From Adineta vaga (lineage: Eukaryota > Animalia > Rotifera): a DNA stretch of 64,000 nucleotides. The DNA is taken from contig CP075492.1 in assembly GCA_021613535.1 (NCBI GenBank), positions 19,096,001 to 19,160,000 of the forward strand. The letters run 5' to 3'. Below the pieces are notes generated by a model. That model ran no database searches. It worked only from the letters and a program-made list of their open reading frames with translations, and was not told the DNA's origin. Of the stretch, positions 1-11,218 are shown piece after piece; positions within the stretch are counted from its first letter, which is position 1, and every line of letters begins with the position of its first letter. Position numbers and translations under genes: made by a program.

Positions 1-300
1 AGTTGTTGTAGCAAAACCGACAGTACTAGTCGTCGTAGCAGGACCACCAGTACTAGTTATCGCAGCAGGACCCCCAGTATTAGTTGTCGCAGTAGAGCCA
101 CCAGTACTAGTTGTCGCAGCAGGACCCCCAGTATTAGTTGTCGCAGTAGAGCCACCAGTACTAGTTGTCGCAGCAGGACCCCCAGTATTAGTTGTCGCAG
201 TAGAGCCACCAGTACTAGATGTCGCAGCAGGACCCCCAGTATTAGTTGTCGCAGTAGAGCCACCAGTACTAGTTGTTGCGGCAGAGCCGCCAGTACTAGT
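1..300. repeat. 27-bp coding minisatellite with a 54-bp higher-order unit
   Basis: agtactagttgtcgcagcaggacccccagtattagttgtcgcagtagagccacc repeated. Confidence 0.9.
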
Positions 301-1089
301 TGTCGTAACAGGATTATCAGTACTATTGCAACAATAACTGCAACAAGCAGTAGCAGCAGCAGCCGTAATACTAAAAACACCATTGACGAAATAATTACCA
401 AAACTAGCGCAAGTAGCATAATAGCCGATATTTATAGTTATATTTGGAATAGTCACGGTAGAAACAGTAAAACTAGGCGTAGTCATATTGAGAATCGTAA
501 GAGTAGGAGTGGTGATGTTGGGAACAGTAAACGTGGGCGTAGTGACCATGGGAGTCGTGAAAGTAGCAGTTGTGATGTTTGGAAAAGTGATCGTAGGAGT
601 AGTAATGTTGGGAATAGTTATCGTAGGAGTAGTGATGTTGGGAATAGTAACGGTAGGAGTAGTAATACTGGGAACAGTGAAAGTGGGAGTAGTGATGTTG
701 GGAACCGTGAAAGTGGGTGTAGTGACCATGGGAGTCGTGAAAATAGGAGTAGTGAAAGTAGGAGTAATGAAAGTAGGAGTAGTGATATTTTGGAAAGTGA
801 TCGTAAGAGTAGTAATATCAGGCATAGTAACGGTAGGAGTAGAAGTAGTAGGAATATTGAAACCAGGACAAGCACAACCGCGATAACCATTGTCATTACC
901 ATTTATAACATAGCCACTGTTACAATTACCATCACTGTTGCCTGCGCTACATCCAAGATTAGTACAACTGGCACCACCAAGTTGACTATTAGCAGCAACA
1001 TAACAGATGCAACCAGCTGGAGGATCTCCGCTGATAGTATGGATGACTAGAAGTAATATGGCGAAGGCAAACGATATAGCTTGGATCAT
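1..1089 (-). CDS. Secreted mucin-like Thr/Pro-rich protein with two small Cys clusters (runs off the window edge)
   Basis: Manual translation from ATG 1089: MIQAISFAFAILLLVIHTISG (signal peptide), Cys-rich segment, pentapeptide repeats TTPTF/TVPNI, CCSYCC, then 9-aa repeats TTSTGGSTA/TTNTGGPAA. Absent from the ORF track because it has no stop in the window. Confidence 0.85.
   Translation of the reverse strand, partial: MIQAISFAFAILLLVIHTISGDPPAGCICYVAANSQLGGASCTNLGCSAGNSDGNCNSGYVINGNDNGYRGCACPGFNIPTTSTPTVTMPDITTLTITFQNITTPTFITPTFTTPIFTTPMVTTPTFTVPNITTPTFTVPSITTPTVTIPNITTPTITIPNITTPTITFPNITTATFTTPMVTTPTFTVPNITTPTLTILNMTTPSFTVSTVTIPNITINIGYYATCASFGNYFVNGVFSITAAAATACCSYCCNSTDNPVTTTSTGGSAATTSTGGSTATTNTGGPAATSSTGGSTATTNTGGPAATTSTGGSTATTNTGGPAATTSTGGSTATTNTGGPAAITSTGGPATTTSTVGFATTT
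470..850. repeat. 15-bp (30-bp higher-order) coding minisatellite
   Basis: gtaggagtagtgatgttgggaatagt-type units encoding TTPTx/TxPNI on the minus strand. Confidence 0.85.
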
Positions 1090-2049
1090 TTTTGTTGACG
1101 AACACGTGTATCGAGCAATGAAAAATAACGACGGATCACGACACTATATAGAGTCATTTATCGAAGAGAAAATGAATGATAAAAAAAAAGTTATTCATGC
1201 GTATATGAGCGTGTATGTCCTTCATTTGTATATTTTTCCCTCTTCTCACTAATTACGAACATGCCCAAAGCGTCATTATATGCACCAACGACAACAGAAC
1301 GGTTGGTTCGATTCAATGGTGTGCACAGGACAGCATTTTTAGCAGGACACATGTGAATTTTTCGAGTTTTTTCTGAGTTGAAATATGGTACTGCACTTTT
1401 CGCCTATACTTCCTTCGATGTATTTAAGTCTCACAGATGTCACAGATATATTCTAAACCATAATTAAGCAGAATAATTCGAAAGAAAACGATGGAGGATC
1501 TATTAATAATACATTTACTTTGAAATGAAAACAACTATATAGTGTAACTCAAGAGTAAAATCATCATGTTGAATCAAGTTATAGTAGCATTGATAACTGA
1601 GAATTGACTAGATTTATCGTTATTTGTTATAGGAAATAAGTAATGCTCATATAATAGACTATATTTAGAAAATATAATCAGTCGCCATCCAAATAAAAGG
1701 TCATATTTCCGTATTGATCTAATCAATAAAATATTGTCTAATTGATAAAGACGTTGATTGTTTTTCTTCATTACTTCTACTAAGAGAAGGATTATTTGCA
1801 TAATGAGTTTCACTTCAAAGAGTTATCTCTTTACGTTCGACCTAGTACGTGGTTATGAAAAAATCATGACGAACACTATCTAATAAACGAAGAAAATTAA
1901 AGGATGCGGGTGAGAATCTAAAGCAGATAAGAGATAAACGAGTAATGTGTACGGTTCGCACATTTTGGACGATTTCATCTGTATTGAGGTCTAGAACATA
2001 TTATATTTTATAAAGCATGCTATTCATCAGATAGCTTCCTAAAAAATCT

Positions 2050-2179
2050 TGAGGGTGTGGGTGTGGGTGGTGGGTGTGGGTGTGGGTGAGGAGAGGTGAC
2101 TATCATCCACACCCACACCCACACCCACCCACCCACCCACACCCACACCTACCCTCACACACCCACACCCACACCCTCA
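2050..2179 (+). repeat. Telomere-repeat hairpin element, core A
   Basis: atct-TGAGGG(TGTGGG)n-GAGGAGAGGTGACTATCATCC-(ACACCC)n-CCCTCA. Confidence 0.9.
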
Positions 2180-3495
2180 CAGATTATCGTATCATGAAAA
2201 CTATTTAGAGCTTACTGTGCTTTCTCCTTTCGTTCTAGTTATCAAATTCGAACGAAATAAAAACATATCGCTAATATTATCCACTGATTCTATTTATTGT
2301 GAAAATTATTTTAGTTTCAAAATGAATTATTACAAATCTACGTATATAATAAAAAGAACCATTAATCGACATGCAAGAAAACATAAAACAAACTAGAAAA
2401 ATCTTTAAAATAAGCATGCATATTCTATATGAAAAGATTCGGCTTTTCAATCGAATTTTTTGACAGAACAACTAAATGAGTTTCACATGGATATTATAGA
2501 TAACTTGATATATTTATGTGCTGCATGAAAGAATAAAGCGAGGCTATAAGATTGGTGCAAAAGTATGGTTCTTGTTTTAATTTGACGGCGCCACTAGTTT
2601 TTCTAAATAAACACAAATAGATTAATAACAAATGAAAACAAAAGAAGTTTTCTAATAATCTATTGAAATAATCATAAAACTCATGTGAGTATTTCACATA
2701 GAATTATCTACATCTCAATACTGTCTTTAAATAGTTCATTCTATCATTAAACTAAGTGAGGAAATCACACTACTCATATATTAATTTTCTCTGGGAAATG
2801 CAAGTTCTTAGTCTTTATCCTATATTTGACTGAAAGTATTGAGCTTGTCCAATAAAATATATTAAAAAACAAAAATTAGATCAACTTATCGTAGAACTAA
2901 TTCAGAAGTATGACAAAATTGTCAAATACAAAACATCAAATGTCGTAGATAATTTCATTATATTAAATAGATTTGAATTCGATGAAAACATAAATAGGAT
3001 TTCTTTCTACGGAGAGTGAAACATTCTTTGAAAAAGTGCATATAAGAAAATGCTTCGTATTAAAGATCGCTGATTCTTTTACAAATCCTCAAGTAAGTTT
3101 AGTTTTCTTTTGAATGTTGTTCTACATTCCGTTATTATACTCATATTGTATAAAAATTCCGAAATATTTTCTAAACAATAATTAACAACAATTTCCAAAT
3201 AAAAGACTAGACGCAAGGAAAATTCAAAGAGAAAACCTTATTATTCCTCCTGAGAACATTATATACTACAATAAAAGCTTAAGAATTTGAAGATGTGAAA
3301 ACTTCAATATAAAAAGATTTTTCTTTAAAAATATCCTTCCCTATCGTTTTTAACTATCTTTAATCGTATACACCAAAGCTAACTTGAAAGTTTATCAAAT
3401 ATTTACATGATAAAGTTAAAAGATGGTTTTTACATTATCTCGCAATAATGTTACAGACTTTCACACTTGCCATCTTTTTCCCGTCGGTCTCTCAT

Positions 3496-3728
3496 TTATT
3501 TTTCTAAGTCCAATAAATCCTGTTTCCTGTTCTGAATAGCATTTTCCAATTTTTCTTGTTCTGCTTTCATATCCGCAATTTCTTTTTCAAGTTTCTTCTT
3601 CCAAGTCTTCGTACTACAAAACCCAAAAGTATTATTCTCTGAAATAACCAAATGTAAACGACACTACAAATATTTACCTTTGGATTACGTTCATCACCAT
3701 TGTTCTTATCGTTATTATTACTCGCCAT
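3496..3728 (-). CDS. Possible small two-exon coiled-coil peptide
   Basis: MASNNNDKNNGDERNPK, gtaaat intron, then ...KKKLEKEIADMKAEQEKLENAIQNRKQDLLDLEK*. Acceptor phase is ambiguous. Confidence 0.3.
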
Positions 3729-4718
3729 TAAAATAAGCAAAGTGTTAAATTATCTAAAAAGAAAAGACGCTACACTATATCTTTTGGATTTGTAAATTGC
3801 TGAATCTACGTCTAAAAGTATATTTTCTCTCAAGAGACAATGTTTGAAGACTCGAAATCGAATAAGTTGGACAATAACATTCTCTTATAAAAATTCGTTT
3901 CTGTTTTACATGTGAGAATAATGTACGCTCTTTATCTTTCGTCTTTTTGAATTCTTTCATTAAATTCTCAAGTTTTCATACCGAATTTTATCACTTCTAC
4001 AGGTTAAATATCAAGAAATAGAATCATAAAAGAAATAATATTGGAATGTTAAAAAATTTGACGCTAGCGCATACTCTGCGTGATCAAATGAGCAATAACA
4101 TCAAATAGAATATATAAAGATATATTTATAATAATGAATTCATATCCTATTATTCTATAGAGTCTATGAATTTTTCAATCAAGTTTCTGTTTAGTTTGTA
4201 TTAACGGTGAACGCGATAACACATAGAAAATGTGGAAGATACAGAAAGTATTATACAGTTGAAAGCATTTTTTTCTAAAAAAAAATAGAACTCATATAAA
4301 TTTATTCAAGAAAAGCAATCGGATAAGTAGATCCAACTAAGTACGTTATAATAGTGAGGTCAATTATTAGTCATCACTCTTAAAAGTGATTTAAAATGAT
4401 ATGATCAAATAAACAACTTGAGTTAAGAAGGGATTACGAAAATAAACTCTGCTTTTTTAGTACGACATTGAAAATAAGGACATTAAAATATATTGATTTG
4501 ACTTGAAAGTCATAATTGATGAAGTGCCAAGATATGAACACGAAGATAGTCGACAATGTGAATTTTATTTATTACACATGAAAAGTTATATTTCTAAAGT
4601 TCAAGAAAAGCAAACGGATTGACAAGATAACAGTACAGTTCCACATCATTATATATTAAACAATATGAGCGTAACAATCGTAATAGCCACGAATAAATAT
4701 ACACATCAATAGTTGATA

Positions 4719-4838
4719 TGGAGTCGAATACACTAGACGAATTAAAACAGAATTAATCAATCTGATTGCTGTTGTTACGTGGAAACGCCAATCATGTTGC
4801 TTAATTCTGTTTTAACTCGTCTAGTGTATTCGACCCTA
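4719..4838. mobile_element. Foldback MITE, about 120 bp
   Basis: gtcgaatacactagacgaattaaaacagaattaa ... ttaattctgttttaactcgtctagtgtattcgac, about 50-bp inverted arms. Confidence 0.8.
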
Positions 4839-5156
4839 AAAAAAGTTGATTTAAGAAGTAAAACACAATCGTATTGGACGATTTAATTTTGACTTAAATT
4901 TATTTTTCTTGTCTGTTTTCGATCTTTGGCGTATTTCACACCTATGACTATATTTTTCTACTGCTCAACTAGACGTTGACTGATGCTTTTCATTGTACAT
5001 ACGACCTCTAAATATTTTCATATTTAATGTGACCTTAGAATGAGATGATGACCTGACGGAAGTTAACCTCTATCGTAATCGATGACTCTTTCCTATTCGC
5101 TATGCAAATCAACAATGTCATTTTGATCGAATTTTTCTTTCTCTGGCTAATCAGAT

Positions 5157-6835
5157 ATGAATAACTCAGTCGTTGGTATGATGAATCTTCCTGATGAATT
5201 AATCATGAAAATTTGGAATAGTCTTACTAATATTGATGTACTTTATTCATTTATTGGTGTTAATTATAGTTTTAATCAATTGTTACACGATCAAACTTAT
5301 ACTCGTTCTATTGAATTAACAAAAAAGGACATGGAAAGTTCATTATTTGATTCAATCATCGATCGATTTTGTTTAGTTATTTTACCTGAAATCAATCAAT
5401 ATATCGAATGTTTCATACTTGAACTAATTTCAATGGAACGAATTCTTCTTGCAGCTGATTATCCTTGTCTAAATAAAATTGTTTTTACACAAATTAGTGA
5501 AGATTTTATACTTCGATATTTTACTAGTAAGATTATTTCAATTATTTAAAATAAAATCTTGTTTTTTTCTCCTAGACAATTCACCTTTAATAAAGATTTT
5601 TAAAAATAATATCAAATATCTTCTTTTAACAATAAATCGGAAACAATTTCCATCATCATTAACTGCCATTGATAAAGGTAAAAACATTCTTTTACCTCTA
5701 TTTCATACATTTACAAATCTTCTTGAACTTGATTTCAATGAAAATGATATTGAATATCGTCCATTCATATCTATTTCTGGTTTATCTTCTTCAATTTGTT
5801 CATCATCAACTCTAATCAATCTAAGTATTACTATCAAATTCTTCGATGATTGTTTATCTTTACTTGATGGTCGATTTCCTAATCTACAAAAATTATCTGT
5901 TGTTATTGAAAAAATTACTAATCCATCATTATCTATTGAAAATTTAGTAAGAGAGAAAAAAAGCACAATTGAACTTATGAAATTTTAAAGAAGATATTTT
6001 GTTTTAGATAAAAAGTAAATTTTCTTTGAAATTCTTTTCTCTCGTTTCATATAATAATACAAATGAATATGAAAACTTCATATTACCTTTAATTCAACGA
6101 ATGATATGTCTCGAAGAATTAATTTTATCTTTAAATATCATTAATTTATCTAAATTAATTGATGATCATCATTTTCAAAATGAAATACTTATTTATTTAT
6201 CTGAACTTCAAATATTTCAATTTAATATAAGAACACGTTATGAACATTTCAATAATAACATTCTTTCGACATTTAATCATTGGAAATATGGTCAGATCAA
6301 TTCTTATATAAGTTCTTATCCAAATAATACTATTGAATTACATGTATTTTCAATACCTGGTTTGAAAAATGTTATTTATCGTATAACTTATCATTTTCAA
6401 GGGAATCGTTGTGAAAATATTCGAATTTTATATCTTGTTGATCATGTTTATCCATTTGAACATGAATTTTTTCTTCGTATTTCTCATTCATTTCCATTCA
6501 TTACTCATCTTACTGTTTTAAATAATCGATTTTCAACTACTATCAATGAAAATAATTCAATTGTTAAATTTTCTCATTTAATTTCTTTAACAATTCATTA
6601 TCAACGTGTTTTTTATTTGGAACAATTCTTAAATTCTACAAAAACACATTTACCAAATCTTCTTGATTTGACTATTTCATTTAAAAATTTATTAATCGTT
6701 TCAGAAAATTTCCAACGTGATATAACTCGTCCGAATTGTTCAAAAGTAGAAACTTTAGCATTTACAATACGTTCAGATGCTGAGTATTCACATGAACTCT
6801 ATTCATATTTTCCATCTTTAGAAAAACTTTTCTGA
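5157..6835 (+). CDS. F-box/LRR-like protein, 3 exons (5157-5526, 5576-5946, 6008-6835)
   Basis: N-terminal F-box-like LPDELIMKIWNSL...VLYSFIGVN and leucine-rich repeats. GT-AG introns join three ORFs in frame. Confidence 0.85.
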
Positions 6836-7470
6836 TTGATGATTTTTTTTCTTGAAATTCTATGTGATAAAGTTCATTTCTCTCTTTTTGTATACACTTG
6901 TTACAACTCTACACGAACATTAATAAAAATTAAATAGCAAAAATATTCTTAGATTGATTGATAAAGTTTTTTTCTTTTTTTAGTTATGTATTTGGTGAAA
7001 CAGAATTAAGTTCAATTCAATGTTTTCTTTTGAAGAATTTCGATAGAAGATTCTCACGAAACATTTTTTAATTAGGGAAATATATTTAAAGCAGTTCCAT
7101 TCAATTGATAAACTAATTGAGATAATAAACTATAGTGAGAAATGTTGTTCGATTTCTAAGAAATGAAGAAAATACATACCAGGATGCAGAGTCATATGTA
7201 CTATCAAAAGTTAACAATAGAAACTCATGTTCACATAATTTTTTTTCTTTCTCTTCAATATTTCTAACTCAATAGTAGTAAAGAGAATAAGATTAGCTTT
7301 TTAGAAAGATAATTGATTTTAAAATTTTCAACGAATTGTGAATGATATCACTGTTCGAATTGAATTGAAAAGAAATAAATCGAGAAATGAAATTTTTTTT
7401 ATATTTTTATTGTTGTTATGAAAAATAGTTTATAAAAAGAGATGTTAATGAAGATTGTTTGTATCTATCT

Positions 7471-8025
7471 TCAATATGTTTTGGCCACACTTCGAGTAGT
7501 TTGCCAGGCTTCATCTAATGCTTGAACAACTTCATCGGGAAGAGATCCCTTTTGTAAATCTTTTAAATTTGATTCTAGTTGTTTAACACTACTTGCACCA
7601 ATAATAATTCCATCACCATCAAAAGGACGTAATTTTGAATGATGTAATATCCATCGTAGTGCTGTTTCAGCCATAGTTAATCCATGCTTTTCTACTACTG
7701 GTGTAAGACGATTGATAGCATCAAAATAAACATCATTAAAATAACGATCACGATACATTTTTCCTGACCTGTTACCTTCAGTATCGGAAAAACGGCCTTC
7801 ATTTGGAATTTCTGATAAAGATTTGTATTGTTTAGCAAGAAGACCACCAGCTAATGGATTGTAAGCAACAATATCGATTTCATAATGTCGAAAACAAGGT
7901 ATAAGTTCTTCTTCTAAAGCACGTGTAAGAGCATTGTACATAGCTTGATAAATTTTTGGACGAATCCATTGCTTAGCAATACAGATTTCTGTAATTTATG
8001 CAACTTCCCAAGCAGCATAATACGT
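7471..8025 (-). pseudogene. 5'-truncated aldo-keto reductase (AKR7/aflatoxin aldehyde reductase-like), intronless
   Basis: YAAWEVA*ITEIC...WIRPKIYQAMYNALTR...AYNPLAGGL...IIIGASSVKQLESNL. In-frame stop; the N-terminal half is missing, with a telomere-repeat element about 20 bp upstream. Confidence 0.85.
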
Positions 8026-8045
8026 AGGGTATCTTAAACTAAGAT

Positions 8046-8285
8046 TGAGGGTGTGGGTGGGTGACTTTGTGGGTGTGGATGATAGTCACCTCTCCTCACC
8101 CACACCCACCACACCCACACCACCCACACCCACACCCACCCACACCCACACCCACACCCCCACCACCCACACCCACACCCACCCACACCCACACCCACAC
8201 CCCCACCCACACCCACACCCATAGTTGAATGATTGAATAGTTGAATTCAACTTTCAAGTATTACATATATGCCTCACCCTCAAGA
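8046..8285 (-). repeat. Telomere-repeat hairpin element, core A, reversed, with a long CCCACA arm
   Basis: TGAGGGTGTGGG..GGATGATAGTCACCTCTCCTCACC-(CCCACA)n to 8220; a further CACCCTCAAGA at about 8275-8285. Confidence 0.9.
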
Positions 8286-8735
8286 AGAGAACGTGAAACA
8301 TTTCCCGAGAATAAACGTATCGAATTATCTAAGAATAATTAATATGTAATTGTTAATCTTAATAGTAAAAAAGAAAGTCGTTGTCTCTGACAAGTAGAGA
8401 AACAAAGAATGAATAATTCATATGAAAATGAAATGTATCCTTCTGATACATTGAATTTGATACACAAATATTGACGATATGAATATTAATGAGTCAATCT
8501 CAAAGATTTACTGTTTTTTCCAACGTTTTTTATATTAAATCATAAACCGATAAGGTTTCTTTTTCTTAACAATTTATGTAAATAGTAAACAAAAGACATT
8601 TTTTAGTTATTCTTATTTGTTGAAAAATATGTTCTTTCGATATTATTTAAATTTGAATCGAACTCATAAGAATAATGATGATAATAACATTTATTCAAGA
8701 TCAAATATCGTTATTTATATCGACGAAGAACATCA

Positions 8736-9215
8736 ATGACACATTTAGAAGATTTATCAAATAAATTAATTTTTGTTATATTCGATTATTTATTCATTTC
8801 AACATTTAAATTATCATTTTAAATCTTTATTACAATTATATCAAAAATATTATTTTATAATTCAAAATTTACCAATAAAAATTCAACAAATTAAATCTTT
8901 AACATTAAATTCTAATGAATTATGCAATGATAAATTGTAATGATTATTTAAAATTATATCCGATAAATTTATTTTATTCAACATTAGAATCATTTTTAAT
9001 TCAACTTTGTTTTTTCATATTTTACAATATCATCTCAAACAAATATCAATAAGAATGTGTCAAGATAATTTTTTAGAAATTCTAGATGTCACATATGAAC
9101 ATGAAAAATATTCATTAACAAATGATCAATTATTTGCAAATTATTCGAAATTAGAATGATTTATTTATCATAAAATTGTTTCGTTGAAAACATTGGAATA
9201 TAAAATATCAAAAAA
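8736..9215 (+). pseudogene. Degraded F-box/LRR gene
   Basis: MTHLEDLSNKLIFVIFDYL F-box-like start followed by frameshifted LRR-like sequence. Confidence 0.6.
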
Positions 9216-9240
9216 ATAGCGATTTTACGATATGGAGAGG

Positions 9241-9290
9241 TGAGGATGTGGACGGGTGTAAGTCAGTGTCTCTATCAACCCATACCTTCA
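9241..9290. repeat. Degenerate telomere-repeat hairpin
   Basis: TGAGGATGTGGACGGGTGT..AACCCATACCTTCA. Confidence 0.6.
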
Positions 9291-9824
9291 AAAAAAATTA
9301 CGATTTAGAGATAAAATAAAGATGAACTAAACAAAATATTAAAAAAGTTTTTTTGTACAGTTATTAAATACCTGATCCGGAATTTGCTTATTATTTATAT
9401 ATGTAAAAGAAAATTTTCGTTGTTTTGAAATGCTTCTGTTAAAAACAAAATCAAGCAAATACATTCTCGACATTCTATTTATAAATAACATGGTAATCGT
9501 TATTCTATAGTATTCCCATTAGGAAACTATAAAATCACTATTTTTCCAGTCCCGATCTCAATAAAAGTTTAAAACGAAACAATAATGGATTTACTGTTTT
9601 AGACATAACGTGAAGATATATTTATTTCTGATCCAAGTAAATGTTTCACATTTATTTTAACATAAAAAATGCTAGTACTATTTCAAGGAATGGCGCAACA
9701 TCTAGTTTGATATAAAATAAACAGATTGACGAGACTAGATGACAATTTTCATTCCGTCTCGGTTCCGATCCTGCAGGACTAAGACCACTTTGCAATTCTC
9801 TAGATGATTAGGACAACACCATCT

Positions 9825-9865
9825 TGAGGGCGTAGGTGTCCAATAGACAAATATCCATACCCTCA
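9825..9865. repeat. Short telomere-repeat hairpin
   Basis: atct-TGAGGGCGTAGGTGT..ATCCATACCCTCA. Confidence 0.7.
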
Positions 9866-10482
9866 AATATATCATATTTATTATAAGCTCTGTACACCAC
9901 GTACAAAAAAAAATATCAAAACATCAACAAAAGACTTGTTCTTTTATAAGTTCATTATCATATCATGTGCATGGGAGATTTTTATTTTTTATTATGTAAA
10001 CGATTTTGTGCACAATAAATCAAAGTCTAAAGAAATAAAGAAAATAATAAAATGTATCTAATAAGTGTTATTTGTTAGAAAAATTTTTAAAAGAAACTGC
10101 TATATGTTGTTTAAAAGAAAAGAAAAAAAACGAATAGGTTATGATCATTGATTAGTGCATATGGAAATGTATTCATATATTCTTAGTAATATTATTAAAA
10201 GATTATATCTTTTAATGTATATTCAATTCGAAAAAAAATAGAGTATCCTTGATAGATTATAACTTACGGTTGAAACTTAATGATAGAACAAATTGTTTAA
10301 AACTTTTTATTTTACCTTAACCATCAAACCTTCGACTTCAGGCAGAAGAAAATGCGTAGATGGATGATGCTGCAATAAAAGCTTATGGGCACGAATATAA
10401 TTAAATAATGATAATTCAATATCATTCAACAGGAAGAAAGAACGACCCATAGAATAGTATGCTTGAATAATTAGTATTGAAT

Positions 10483-10576
10483 TGAGGGTGTGGGTGAGGG
10501 TGTGGGTGTGGGGTGGGTGTGGGTGTGGGTGTGGGTGGGTGTGGATGATAGTCACCTCTCCTCACCCACACCCTTC
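10483..10576 (-). repeat. Telomere-repeat hairpin element, core A, reversed
   Basis: TGAGGG(TGTGGG)n-GGATGATAGTCACCTCTCCTCACCCACACCCTTCA. Confidence 0.9.
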
Positions 10577-10810
10577 ATCAAAATTTTGTACAATTCTCGA
10601 TGATAGTATAGGTAATCCTATTGCATTTATTGCTATTAAAGCAATAAAATTCGCGTTCAGAATTTCTCAACTAAAACACAATCAAATAACATGCCAAGAA
10701 TTTTTGAATCAAACTTTGATCAGTGTTGTAAAACGTTTTACTATTGGTATATTTCCATTTGCCATTCAAGCTATTCTTATTTGTTTGATTTATGATACTG
10801 ATCTAGCAGC

Positions 10811-10881
10811 CAGTGGCGTAACTAGGTTAGGGCATGAGTAGGCGGCGTCTACCCACCCGGCAATTTCTGGTTATGCCACTA
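10811..10881. mobile_element. 71-bp hAT-type MITE
   Basis: TIR CAGTGGCGTAACTAG/CTGGTTATGCCACTA; perfect 8-bp TSD CTAGCAGC (10803-10810, 10882-10889). Confidence 0.85.
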
Positions 10882-11218
10882 CTAGCAGCAGCTTGAATTG
10901 GACACCCACACCCCTCAAATGTTTTTCCGATTGATCTAGATTTTATCTTTATATACTAAATCTATGACTCATCACATCGACTTTTGTATTTTTCTATTCT
11001 TGCATCATACAATGACGTCATTTCTGTTGAAATTATATTTCATATTTTCTTTTCCTTCATTTGTCGACAATTCATATTTGATATTAATAAAATCGATCAA
11101 TTCAGTTTCGAATGTGGTGGATTAAAGTAGATTTTTTTCATATTTTTTCATTGAAAATTTATTTGTTGTACTAGTTGTTTATTTAAAACATTAAGCAGTA
11201 TATTTTATTTTGAGTGCA

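Noticed and set aside
57-1050. Leu/Val-rich ORFs 57-419, 488-886, 618-902 and 790-1050
   Set aside because: Alternate-frame or antisense shadows of the repeat-rich mucin-like gene starting at 1089.
2900-3300. Possible exon fragments on the + strand
   Set aside because: No consistent frame or identifiable family.
8046-8220. True chromosome end
   Set aside because: The tract is short, internal, impure and paired with an inverted arm.
2050-10576. CRISPR-like repeat/spacer interpretation of the hairpins
   Set aside because: Dispersed rather than arrayed, spacers recur, no cas genes, eukaryotic context.
8034-10841. GV/GC/HP-rich ORFs (8034-8222, 10307-10555, 10482-10841, also 39153-39455)
   Set aside because: Translations of telomeric hexamer arms. 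Only 10577-10800 may be a real coding relic.
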